The position numbers were made by a program, and so were the translations under genes. The notes beneath the pieces are model-generated. The model saw only the letters and a list, made by a program, of their open reading frames with translations, ran no database searches and was not told where the DNA came from. From Octopus vulgaris (taxonomy: Eukaryota): a stretch of DNA of 64,000 nucleotides. Every line of letters starts with the position of its first letter. The first letter of the stretch is position 1. Below are positions 49,192 to 61,462 of the stretch, one piece after another. The DNA lies in contig OX597818.1 in assembly GCA_951406725.2 (NCBI GenBank), positions 144,274,001-144,338,000 on the forward strand, in the 5' to 3' direction.

Positions 49192-52100
49192 CTGGAGAAA
49201 AAGAAAAATAAGTGTTAATTTCTATGAACTAAATGCAAAGCCAATTTATTAGAGATAAAATAAGCAGTTGAGCAAATCAATCCCAGCATTATATAGATTT
49301 GTGTCATATCAAAAACAGAATTTAAATTCATTATGTACTGAGATTAAATACTTTAAGGCTTTTAATCTTGTATGTTACTGTTTCAGTCAAATAGCAGGCC
49401 AAATATTTACTGCTTACATTTACATCAGGCTAGAAATTTACCAAATTTAGCTAATAAATCAATCCTAGAGTGCATGATTGGAACTTATTTTGTGAAGCCC
49501 AAAGAAGATTCAAGTAAGATCTGAACTTAGGACATACAAGGAGGTTGCTCAAAGCACTAATGTTATTAGTCAGCACTTGACCGTTTTTTGCCACTCCACC
49601 TCTTTCCTAATATTGCCATTAAATAAGAAATGTGTGTTTGTTACACAAACATTCAAAATGTTCTACAGAAAACGAAAGTTAGATAAAGCAATTAAAATAC
49701 AAAAAATAAAATAAAAACAAAACTGTAGTTTGTATGCAACTTGGTAGCAAATACCAAGTTATTGCTGTTTTAGCTACCACAGACACCCGTTCAGCCCTCC
49801 CATCCTTGACCCAGTGGAACATTGAAGGATGTAACAACTGGAGGGACAAAGTACTGCAGCAGCACTTGCTTTTAGCTGAGTAGGGTGGAGCAACACGAAA
49901 TAAAATGCCTTGCTCTAGGACACAATGCACCATCGAGACCAGGAAGTGAACCCACAAACTTATGATTGAGTCCAACATCCAAACCACAAGTTGGAGTGTT
50001 GGACTCCCAGTGTCAGATACAAACTGAAATTAAATGATTTTAAACTGAGTAGAAAAAAATTCCTTTGCATGACACCCTTGAATTTGTACTGTTAAAAGGC
50101 TTAATCTTTTGCTTTGACATTCTCAGGCAATTCAGAGAAACTCTGTTAGTTAATGATAAAATATATATTATACAAAACAGGAAAGTACACAAGTAATCCA
50201 AAAAGGGAAGGTAAACCGTAAGTTAAAAATATCTTTAGGGATGGGCATATTTAATAGTCAACTTCCATACAAACTATAAAAATCTATTTTTAAAAAGAAA
50301 AAATTTTGTTTGACTATTCCCAACTTTTCGGCATCTATTTATTGACAAACCTGTCAAACAAAAATAGTAACATCTTATGTATTACAGGAAATGCTGATGG
50401 AAAGATATACTTAACAAGTAGCTTTCTTCATGTTAATATTTCTAGTAAGGGAAAAAGGTGATGAGCTTGTAGAATCATTAGCAAGCCAGGCAAAATGCTT
50501 AGTGGCATTTTGTAATCTTTACATTCTGGGTTCAAATGCTGCCAAGGTCAACTTTGCCTTTCATCTTTTCAGTGTCAATAAAATAAGCACCAGTTGATCA
50601 CTGGGATCAATGTAAGCAACTTAGCCTATCTCCCCCGGAAATTGCTGGCCTTGTGCCAAAATTTGAAACTGATATATCTCGTAAGGAAGTGACGGTGGGA
50701 GTGGATACGACAGAAACAGTAATAGGATATACAAAATGTCACGCATTATTTAGTCGCATATCTTCATGTTCTAGGTTCAGGTGCTACTGAAATTAACTTT
50801 GCCTTTCAGCTTGTTGATAAAATAAATATCAGTTGAGAACTGAAGTCCATCTAATCAACTATACTCGTTCTGCAAATTTGAGGCATTATGCCTTGTACAA
50901 AATCAACATTAACGATAATAAGATGGTGGATAGCTTAGTTACATGCTTTTATGTTCTGAGTTCAAATCGCATAAGTCAAAAAATAGATAAGAGTTACATG
51001 CTGAGAGTTGATTCTACAAACTTCAACTACTGGTAGACAGCACAAATGAACCATGGTTATTTAAGCCTGTAGATGTGCTGATAACCAAGTAATATTAAGA
51101 AAAGAAATTCAGTTTGGTAGAGAGTATTAAGTGAAGTCAAAACTGATACCTAAACAATATTCAAGGACACAAAGTTGAAATATTTTGTTAGCAAGTTTAA
51201 GTACTTTAAATTTTTTCTGTTGAGAATTCTGTTGGAATTGTCACACAAACCTAAACACACATATGCAACTACCAGTTATCTCTCTTCCTTGCCTCATTCT
51301 TTATCAAAGTAACTTTGCTAAATCAATTTAAATTGCTTCATACAAACTGGCCTACCTCCGTTTTGTGTCACCGTTGTTCTTGTTACAATTTAAAATATAT
51401 ACATATTTAGTTTTGCTATTCTATTTATGAAGGCAGTGCTTTGGAATGGCAACAGTTCAAGAACTCAAACCAGTGAAAGAATATATACTCTCTAAACTGT
51501 CTCAAACAAGACACAATGGAATTTCAGGAATTAAACATACCTTATTAAATAAGAGACCCTTCAGAATGCATACAGTAAAAAGAAGAAGTTATTTACTTGA
51601 TTAACAAACCTCATCTCACTGCAGGTTTTCAGACACTGTCTTCTAGTGTTTTCACTGTCAGTTTTACAAATATTATAACATTTTACTCTTCAACATTGCC
51701 TGTTTTATCCAAATTACTTGAGTTTTACACTATCCCTGCTCTTCTGCCATATTTTCAAAATGTGCATTCCCAATCCATCAAAGGATCTCTTTCCTACCTT
51801 CAATCTTTCAATCAAACACTGCCCTTTTATCACTTTGAAGTCAAAACAACTACACTGATTGTACTATCTGGGAGCTACAACTGACTAAATTGATAGAATG
51901 TTAGGCTGTGATGAAAGAACAATATTTATTGTCTTGGATGCACAAGTCCTGGTGGAGTTGTAGGGATGCTATCTTGACATATGGCATATATTGGTCCCTT
52001 TAAACTGAGTAAATTCCATAGCTCTCTAGGTCTTACTACAGCTTACTTCTTCCAGAAAGACTGATCGAATATAGAAACGGGCAGTAGTTTACTGACCTCA

Positions 52101-52615
52101 AAAGATTAAAGGCAAAGATAACCTTGGCAGTATTTGAACTCAGAGTGTAAAAAACTAGAACAAATATCACAGGGCATCTGTCCAATACTCTGATGATTGC
52201 CAATTCACCACCTAAAATAGCTCATATTTTATTCCTTGAATGATGCAGAGTTTCAGGTATTGTAGCACTTAGCAGTGAAGTATTTTATAATTAACAAGAG
52301 TTTCATTAGTTGGAAATGAACAACTATTTTGGTAGGTGGCAGCACTGAGTTCGTGTACCGTCTGAAGAAGGCAATTCAAAACCATTCCGTGTATGCTCCC
52401 TGAAATTCCTGTAGATGCTTCATAAACAGAGTCACTGAGAATAATCTTTGACTTACTGGAGATCTTTAATCATACATGCTTTGAAGACCCACAATAGTGA
52501 TGATAATTAGCTTTATTTTCACATATAATAAAAAACAAATTTGAAATATTAATCATGACAGCTGCAACAATTCCAATATTCTAGAGATAAGAAATCTACA
52601 GAATTGAATTCTCAC

Positions 52616-52762
52616 CTGTGGGGTGGAACGTAAGTCTTCAACAACATATCCCGAATTTGAATTATATTTGATGTAATCACCTTCGATGAAATGCTCAAGA
52701 TGATAGAGAGGGTTTCCCTCACGTTCATGAAACTCAAGAATATACATCTGGAAGATGTCTAC
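52616..52762 (-). CDS. EEF2K: eEF2K coding exon 4
   Basis: VDIFQMYILE...LYHLEHFIEGDYIKYNSNSG...TPQ; 147 nt. Confidence 0.95.
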
Positions 52763-53010
52763 CTACAAAATAATAAAGTTATGAAAGTTATGAAAAGAAA
52801 TTTCAATTTGAAAAATTTTCTACATAAGCTGGTTGATCATTTCAGGTGTCATTATTGATACCTAAAAGAGAATTATGCTGAAGTTCAAACTAACAAAAAT
52901 TAAATATAGATATTACACTTACTCATACAACTTTCAATTATACTAATAGCAAGTTTTATTACAATAATTATGAGATATGCTGACTACAGATTTTAATATC
53001 TTTTTTTTAA

Positions 53011-53617
53011 TACCATAAAAACCCATGTAATTTGCGCACCTGTGTAGTTTATGCAGGTGATTTTCAAGATAAAATTTGCTAAGAAAAAGCTTCTACTCAT
53101 GTAAAATTCACAACCAAAAGTTTTCAGAATTGCTGAGATAGCCAGGGGTAAAAGGTTTTCACTTACTTATGATTAGATTTTATTAAAATTTCATTAAATA
53201 AACACTTTGTAATTTAATAGCTTTCAATGTGATACTTGTTAAACAGAAATTATTTTTGTGTTCATCATCATCATCATCATCATCGTTTAGCGTCCGTTTT
53301 CCATGCTAGCATGGGTTGGACAAACTTTACTTTACATTTCTTGCCCACAAGAGATTATGTCTGATCTTTAGCATACTGCTGTATGTGTTTTCAAATCACA
53401 ATCACAGGAAAAGTTGTGGACAAGAATTACCAATAAAAATAAAGCTGATAAATACACACAGGTGTTGCAAATTAAGGTTAATTACCAATAAACATCAGCT
53501 TGTTTGACACTTGACTCAACCGACAGAGGAAAGTGACTAATCAAAATAATTATATAAGCAGAATTCTTTTTATTTTTGTGAAAAAAAATGCATAAATTAC
53601 ATGGTTTTTTTACAGTA
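53011..53617. mobile_element. MITE (Tc1/mariner-like TIRs, TA ends) with nested RTE tail at 53263-53321
   Basis: TACCATAAAAACCCATGTAATTTG versus reverse complement TACTGTAAAAAAACCATGTAATTTA. Confidence 0.65.
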
Positions 53618-54099
53618 ATAATAATTTAGGATTCAGTAAATCCTCATCATTGTTTTCATGTTCACTTTTCCAAATTGGCAGGGGTCACTCATTGAGGCAG
53701 TTTTCCTACAGCTGGATGCTCTTGTAGTCACCAGTCCTTAAACAATGAACAGCCATGTAGTGGTCAAGCAAACTTCTTAACCAATTGACTATTATTAATT
53801 AAATGTTTGGAACAACCAAATTTTTTGATATAAAAATTTTAAGATTTACAGTTTTGTATCATAGAACCAGGAGTGACCTTAACTAGTTGGGTCTCAAAAA
53901 TAGTTAAGGTACATTGTTATATTGCTTTAAATTTAGTCATGATTTGGCCCAATTCTGGACAAAACTTCTCTAAATAACTATAGGTCTTAAACTCTTGATA
54001 GTTGGCCCAAAATTTCATCCTTTTAAATCTTCAGTCAGCTTGCCCCAAAATTTCCAGTACAAAGTTAAATAAGTTAAATCAAGGGAGAGTTTTTCTTAC

Positions 54100-54271
54100 T
54101 TTTTTTGGTGGATTATGTCTGTTATATTCCTCTCCCCATAGTTTAGCATCCATTTGCAGCTTGACATCTTCAAAATAAACACTCCTGTCAACATCTTCCA
54201 AATAACGCTTTGCAACATAGTTCTGAGCATGTTTCCAGTCACCGTGATGAGTAAATTTGGAGAGCTTCTTC
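54100..54271 (-). CDS. EEF2K: eEF2K coding exon 3
   Basis: KKLSKF...NYVAKRY...YFEDVKLQMDAKLWGEEYNRHNPPKK; 172 nt; absent from the ORF track. Confidence 0.95.
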
Positions 54272-55169
54272 CTGGAAATTATAAAATTACAAATGATATT
54301 ACCTGTGTATGAAATACAATTAAAGCCAACTGTTAAAACAGCAGTCTCTCATATTGCACACAAGCATCCTTAAATGAAATAATGGAAATGAGCAAGAATT
54401 TATAACAAGTCTTGACTTCAGATTAGTCAAAAATACAAATACAATCAGAACCGTAAAATATTGAATTACTACTGACATCCTTTGGACAAGAAAGCAACAA
54501 TGTAAATATTCAGCAGCTAACTACCAATAACTTGCAGACATCAACTTGCATTTAATTAGAATCATGAAGTCAACAGTACCAGAAAATTAAGTAGAATAGC
54601 AATGAGTGGAATAAATTCTGCTATCACAGAAATTTGAATATTTTCCAAAGGGATGAGAAATGTTTGATAGTCAAAATTCTATTCCAGAAGAGAAAGTTGC
54701 CTTTTAGCAAACTTAGTAGAGATTAAAGCAAATATAAACATTTATCTTGCTAAACAAGACAATGAAATTTTGAAATTCTTATCTGAAGTGTTTCATGAAA
54801 TCTTTTATGGCTGCATTTGCTAATGAAGTTAGAACTATTAATGTAGGTATGAATTAGAATATATGTAAACAAAATTAGAATAAGAAATATAAATTCAAAT
54901 ATGAAGGTACTTTATACAGTTTTGAGTAAAAATATAGAAAAAAAAACAAGATTGTGAATTTTTTGCAAGTCCTTCAAGCAGCAACAAAAACATTTCATAG
55001 CTACCAGTTAAAGTTTAAAAAGTATATCATCATAAATATATTTTATGATCTGGAACTTTGAAAACATCTTCCAAAACTGATATACCAATCTTGTCTCTTT
55101 CAACAGCAAAACAATCATTACTCATGTCAAGAAAACACTAGCACACCACACCTACTTAAACACGAGTGA

Positions 55170-55790
55170 CACATAACTACAGCCCTCATGACTACTCCAA
55201 ATGGTGGATATCGCAATCACCAAGGACTGTATCTAGGTGTAAACATATCCTTAGCATAGCTAAGACCACACACAGTGATTGAACAATCTCTTCAGATCCA
55301 GAGAATACTTCTGCCTCCAACAATTATTGAAATATTCAAAGAGCAGTTAAGGTCTGCAAGTGAATATTTCTCTTGACATCTGAGACAGTGCTGTTGTTGC
55401 ACACACAGACACCATAGACTGCACCCAGAAGAGCCTTCCCCAACAACTGAGTGGCATGAAGTCACTCACAGACACACTTTAGTCACTGTCTTCTCTTTAT
55501 GCCTTTTCCACTGCAACTATAATGGTCTCTGTTCTTTGGAGTTGGCTGAAATTATATCAGCTCCACTCAAACATCCCAACCAAACACATTCATCTCTATT
55601 CCTTCTCCTCTTGCCCCACCCTGATTTGTGTTAAACACCCTAGACCCTACACAAACCACTATGCCCAGTTCTTCATTCCCAGAGAGTCATCCCTCTGGAA
55701 CTCCCTCTCTGCTCATATCTTTTCTGTAAGTGTTGACCGGCAATGCTTCAAGATGAACGTTAATAGCAACAATCTCACTAGTCTCAGTGA
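55170..55790 (+). mobile_element. Decayed LINE (Jockey/CR1-group) 3' fragment; related piece at ~56510-56710
   Basis: FFIPRESSLWNSLSAHIF...FKMNVN resembles an RT C-terminus; CATAGACTGCAC(C/T)CAGAA is shared by both pieces. Confidence 0.5.
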
Positions 55791-56264
55791 GCTTGAGAAG
55801 GCTTTGGAAATTACCTCCTCCTTCAGATCCAACAGAAAAAATCCAGCTTTGTTTCAGTTTGGGAAAAAAAATTAGAAAATGCAAAAACAAAAAACTTCAT
55901 TTCCAACATCATTTTATCTGTTTAGCATAACTGAAAGATTTCTTTCATTTGCTTATCTTCCTGAATACTAATACCAGTATCTATCATACACCATAATTAT
56001 ATACCAGAACCAGTACAGTGGTCTCTCTTACATATACTGACCCTTGGTTCAGATACTCAGATGGTGTCCTCACCTCACTTGTGATCAGTTTACCTTTCAA
56101 AACAACAATGTATATTCAACTAATCAGACAGTCCTCTACGGTAGCCACAGATGCTTCATTTTTAACCGTTCATGATTCACTGTTGTACACCATCACACAT
56201 CTAACACCTGTATCATGCTGTCTACCTTATGGAGAAGGAGAGAAAGATGATAAAATAAACTCAC

Positions 56265-56302
56265 AGTCGGAAACACTGTCTCATAGCACCTCGGTTGAAT
56301 GA
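56265..56302 (-). CDS. EEF2K: eEF2K coding exon 2 (38-nt small exon, P-loop)
   Basis: ttttgtag|TCA TTC AAC CGA GGT GCT ATG AGA CAG TGT TTC CGA CT|gtgagt = SFNRGAMRQCFR(L); restores frame between flanking exons. Confidence 0.93.
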
Positions 56303-57563
56303 CTACAAAATAGAAAATATCAGAAAGAAAAAAGAAAATAAGTTGGCTAGATGAATAAATAAACATAATTAAATATCAAGTTTCTTATTTGAATAATAAA
56401 AGATCAGATTTTAGATCATTTTCCATTCATGTTCAGCTAGTTTTACAGTTAATCACTAAATGAAATAAAGATCTATAAAACCAGTTTTCAAATCCAATTA
56501 CTGTAGCAGTAAACTGAGACACACATCTACTAGAACAATAGGACCACACCCCAATGACGAGCACTTTTCTTCCGTCCCCAACAATTATCATCACTATACA
56601 AAGCTCAGGTAAAACCTGCAATGGAATATTGCTCCTACAACTGGGGCAGTGTTGCTGCTGTACACACACACACACACAACATAGACTGCACTCAGAAAAG
56701 AGCCACTCAACTGATTGTCTACTACAGGTAACTTTGCCACAAAAGTTTGGTGTCTGCTCTTTACCAATTCAATGAACTCAAGTAATGCAGTCAGGTGCCC
56801 CCGTCTTGAAACTATAGATTTGAACTCGCAATCAATGAGCTATCCACATTGTTAGTCTTGTCTCTAAAGCTCACAGGAATAAATTACTTTTACCCAAATA
56901 ATCATACTTCAAAGTAAGATTTTCTTTTTCTCATTAAACAGCACAAGATGAACCTTTGAAAATTAATTTTCAAAACATCCAAAAATAATTATCTTTCTGA
57001 AGTATGTTAAAACTACATAAATGAAATCTAAAGTTTTTTTTTATTGATTTCATTGCTTAACTGATGTATGTGATCTGCACCATTACTAAGAAATCTGGTG
57101 ATTTTCAATTAATTTTAGGATTTCCTGATGAAAGTATCCAACTGTCTACTCAAGATCTTTTGTATATCTACCTGCATGAAATTTTCAAAACATCTATTCA
57201 CAGAACACAAACCAATTTTATTTTATGAATGTTATTAGGCCTGCAAGAATTTGGTTACTGCAGAATGGTTACAAAAATATAAAAGAAATAGATTAAGAAA
57301 GAAATGCTATTTTATGATTTTTTTTTTTTTTTACTTCACAGTTTACTATCACACTCATGTTTAATTACTTTTTTCAGCTCTGTTTTAATTTCTTTTATTG
57401 ATTTTGTTTGATTTTTGTGTTTTGAAAACAATTTTTAGAAGACATTAAATCTGAATATTCAGCAAACAGGAACAAAAACCCAATAAAAACAAATGTGAAC
57501 AAAAAATAAAATTGCCCACATTTTAATATCATAATGCTTTAATTTTAATTGTTTCATAATTAC

Positions 57564-57956
57564 CTTACTATCAACTTTCACTTGCACAACATCATCAGAC
57601 CATCTTTTCTTCAATGCATTGTACCGATATCTTGTAACATTCTCAATTTTGAGATCTTCCAGGTGGAATTTAGCCCAAGGATCAGTGAGGTTCTTGATCT
57701 TTTGAAAAGCAGTGAACCAGTGGCGTTGAGCTTTACTTCGATATTTCTCAGGAGCAGCTTTCACCTTCAAATAATTAAGATTGAGGGTGCCATTAGCCTT
57801 CGATAGCCTTCGCTGTCGTAATGACATAAGAGCTTTTGGGCGATCATCTTCAATCTTTCTTTGAACAACGTTGCTGTTTTCATTATCAGATTCAGAATCG
57901 GAGATATCAGTTATTGGAAACAGGAAAAAATTGCTTTCGCTCTCGTACAATGGCAT
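57564..57956 (-). CDS. EEF2K: eEF2K coding exon 1 (exon probably begins at acceptor 58128; non-coding first exon not located)
   Basis: Calmodulin-binding segment KAQRHWFTAFQKIK, then DPWAKFHLED...RYRYNAL; donor AAG|GTAATT; good start context gccaagATG. Confidence 0.92.
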
Positions 57957-60900
57957 CTTGGCAAAGGGATTCTTTGGTGATGATCTTTAGTATGTTATAA
58001 ACCAACAATCAAAGTCATACTAGTTCAAAACACTGTAAGATAGAGCCACTTATATAATCTTGGTAGAGGCTCACAGGTCATGTGATATTCAGAGTTATCT
58101 AACCTATGACCGTGGAATATCATAGAGACTGAAACAGAAACAAAATGCAAATTACTTTTTATTCATTTTATTTTTTGTTAAAAATCAAAATTACAATTAC
58201 ATTTAACCAGTAGAAACTTCTGGTTTTCAGCAAAGAAGGGATTAGCTGTTTCTTTTTGCAATGACCTACTTTTGATTTCTTTATACATTTGCCCCATGGA
58301 CCACATGTATATTTTTCTAACATATAAAAATATCCCCACATATCCCTCACTACCATTCCCATCAATGGCAATTCTTATGTAAGCAAAAGTTAAATAAATC
58401 AAGGCACAAAAGACTATCTAAAAAAACCATCAACTGTTCAATAGTCCAGAGACGCATTAAATTCAAAAACTTTTTGCAGAGAAAGATCCAAGGCCCACAG
58501 TGAATATCTCAGTGGTCCAATTGTAGCTGACCCCTGCTCTATGCAGTCACCTGACGTATTAGAAATAGTAGCCAAATCTCTCTCAAGTCAAACTTTACCA
58601 TCTTAAAAATGGGAAGAACACAGATAATGTAGTCCTGAATAACCTTAGAAAGGCAATATTGTCACAGTGGAAAACTTTTCATTATATGTCTGCTTGATCG
58701 AGGCTGACCAGGGTTAACCAACATCAACAACTGGTTTTCAACTTTTAGTTAAAGAAGGACTATGTTTCACAAATTTTAGACCTACTTCAGTTGCTACTTT
58801 TTATCATAAATTCATATCATAATAAAAGATTAATGCTCACTGCACAGAGAAAATTAAATAAACACAGCAATAAAAATTAACTAAAGTCTCAAACTGAGAG
58901 TTTGAAAAAAATCTCACATGTGGAATATGAATATAACAATAAAACCATACACCCACAATATATATTCCATATATTCAAAGCCATCGTAACTGCATTGTAG
59001 CCTCTTCCATCACCCCATAAATGGGATTAAAGTGTTCATATATATTTATTCATTGACAGCAATAAATACATTATCACTCAGTTTCTAGACTGTAAAGACC
59101 TCAGGCAACTGCCTAGTGTAGTCATGCCATAGGATGATACTGAATATAATGGCATTAAAAGAATTCTCTTCAAGAAGCCATACACATTTACATTATTGGT
59201 TTACCAAGTACTCTTGATTGTGTAATTAGATATTATATATAATATAGTGAACTTTGTTTCTTAGCCCCGTTTCAGTGACACATTTCTTAGATGTAGACTA
59301 TGAAGATTTAATTCACTTTTGGTAATCCCATTAAAAAGTTTCTACCATAAACAATGCTAGGAATTTTAGAGGCAGAAACACTCAATCATTAACACCTCCA
59401 AACTGGATTAGTAGTTTACTGATACTGAAAAAAATAAAAGATGAAATTGGCATGAAAAGTATTTGAACTGAGAACTTAAAAGTGCCAAAGCAAATATTGC
59501 AAGACATCTTGTTTGATGCTTTAACAATTTTACTAATCCACTGCATTAAATAGCTATATTAATAATACCCTTAAGTATACATGTCACTGAACAACTGAAC
59601 AAAGATAGCATATTACCTCTAAGGGTCAATGTAATAAGTTCCACTCGATTCAAAGCAAAAACATCACAACCACAAAGTTGAAGGGACAGACTTAACGGAA
59701 TGTGAGACAAGCCAACCAAAGCAAAACATCCACAGCTCATCTACCATAAACAGTACCACCCAATATACTGAACCTCTAAAATTATTTATCCTGTCTAGAT
59801 ATGTAGTGTTGCATTTCACTGTTGTAAGCAGTGGTAACATAACACAGCAGGTGAATGTGGTTTTAACATATGTCAGTATTGAATTAAAATCTTTCTTGGG
59901 CAGCTTTGAAAGGAATAAATTGGATCGAGTGACTGTCCCTGGATAATTCCACCTGATACAAAATCTTTAAGTAGTGTCCATACAATCCACAAGAATTCGT
60001 ATTTTATGCTAAACTAATGGTATTTAGAATAAAGACTATTTGCCAACATGATGTGGCTGTCCTGGAACGGAAGGTTGTTATTGTTGTTTAGCCCCAGGAA
60101 ACTGTTTCCAGCTGGCTATACAATATCTGTGTCCTTATATTTTTGAACAGGGAATCCAACACCCCAGCCAGCACAAAGCAACCAGTTTTGGGGTTATTGC
60201 CCTTTATCAATACAGAGCAGCTGCTTGGCTAGGAGGTGCTGCTGAATTCCCATTCGAAAATATATAGTTTTCAAAGTATTTAGATTATTTTCTCAATTAC
60301 CTAGAGGCAAAGCAAGGCTGTGTGGTTACAAAATATGCTCTGCAACTATATGGTTTCAAGTTTAAAATCCCAACGCTCAAAATCTTAGGTGTATTCAACC
60401 AGAACATCAAATTGATTAAAGCTTCGTAAGTACGGAGACTGTACGTATGTCCAGTTTAAACACCAAGCCCTTGGGTGCCTTCCACAAAGATCACTCTACT
60501 GTAAGCTTCTGAGCTAAGACTTTGGTCTTACTATAAAATCCTCCCTTTGGTTTCCCATAGCCATTGGCACTACACTCTTTCTGTCTCAGCCATTAAAAAA
60601 GAATATGTTTTTTGTCTTACTTTAATTTCCCCAAACAACTAGCCTTTGTAGCAGCAGTTCTCATATTTAGATATTAAACACAAATTATCTATGATTCTTC
60701 TCAGTATTCCAGAGCTCTCCTAACTTATTTTTCTCAATATATTCTACTGTTAGAGAGTTCGGAGATCTTTCAATATCACAAAGTATTACAGTGATTGAAT
60801 AATAACAAAATGACAGAAGCAATTCTAATGTTTTGTGCAGAATGTCAATTGCTTAGCAATCAGCATCATACTTTGGCAGGGGCTCCCCACAATCTTTCTA

Positions 60901-61179
60901 CTGGGGATAAGTAGTAGTCTACAGGTAAGCTGAATTAAGTAATTTGCTTGGGAAAAGTCCAGGAATTTTTTTGCTCTCTAAAATTTATCCAGTTCATTTT
61001 AAAAAGAGAATTCAATATATTTATACCTGACAGTGGCAGTAATGATCTTACTTCATATTTTTAACATTGTTGTTCTTTGTGGTATTTCTGTACCACTGGT
61101 CGAAAATACCCAAGTGTCATTATGTATTTCCTAGGTATTCGTTTTAATGTTTACACCATTCTATGTTAATTCACAAATA

Positions 61180-61462
61180 CTGTGTGCATGCATATGGGTG
61201 TGTGTGTATGGGTGGGTGTGTCTGTGTATGAATGGGTGTGCATGGGTGGGTGTGTCTGTGTATATGCATGGGTATGTGTGTGTATGGGGTGTGTGTGAAT
61301 GGGTGTGCATATGGGTGTGTGTATGGGTGGGTGTGTCTGTGTATATGCATGGGTGTGTGTATATGGGTGTGTGTGTGTGTGTATGAATGTGTGTCTGTGT
61401 ATATGCATGGGTGTGTGTGTGTATGGGTGTGTGTGTGTGTATGCATGGGTGTGTGGATGTGT
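61180..61462. repeat. Complex GT-rich micro/minisatellite (ATGCATGGGTGTGT-type units)
   Basis: Seen directly. Confidence 0.9.
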
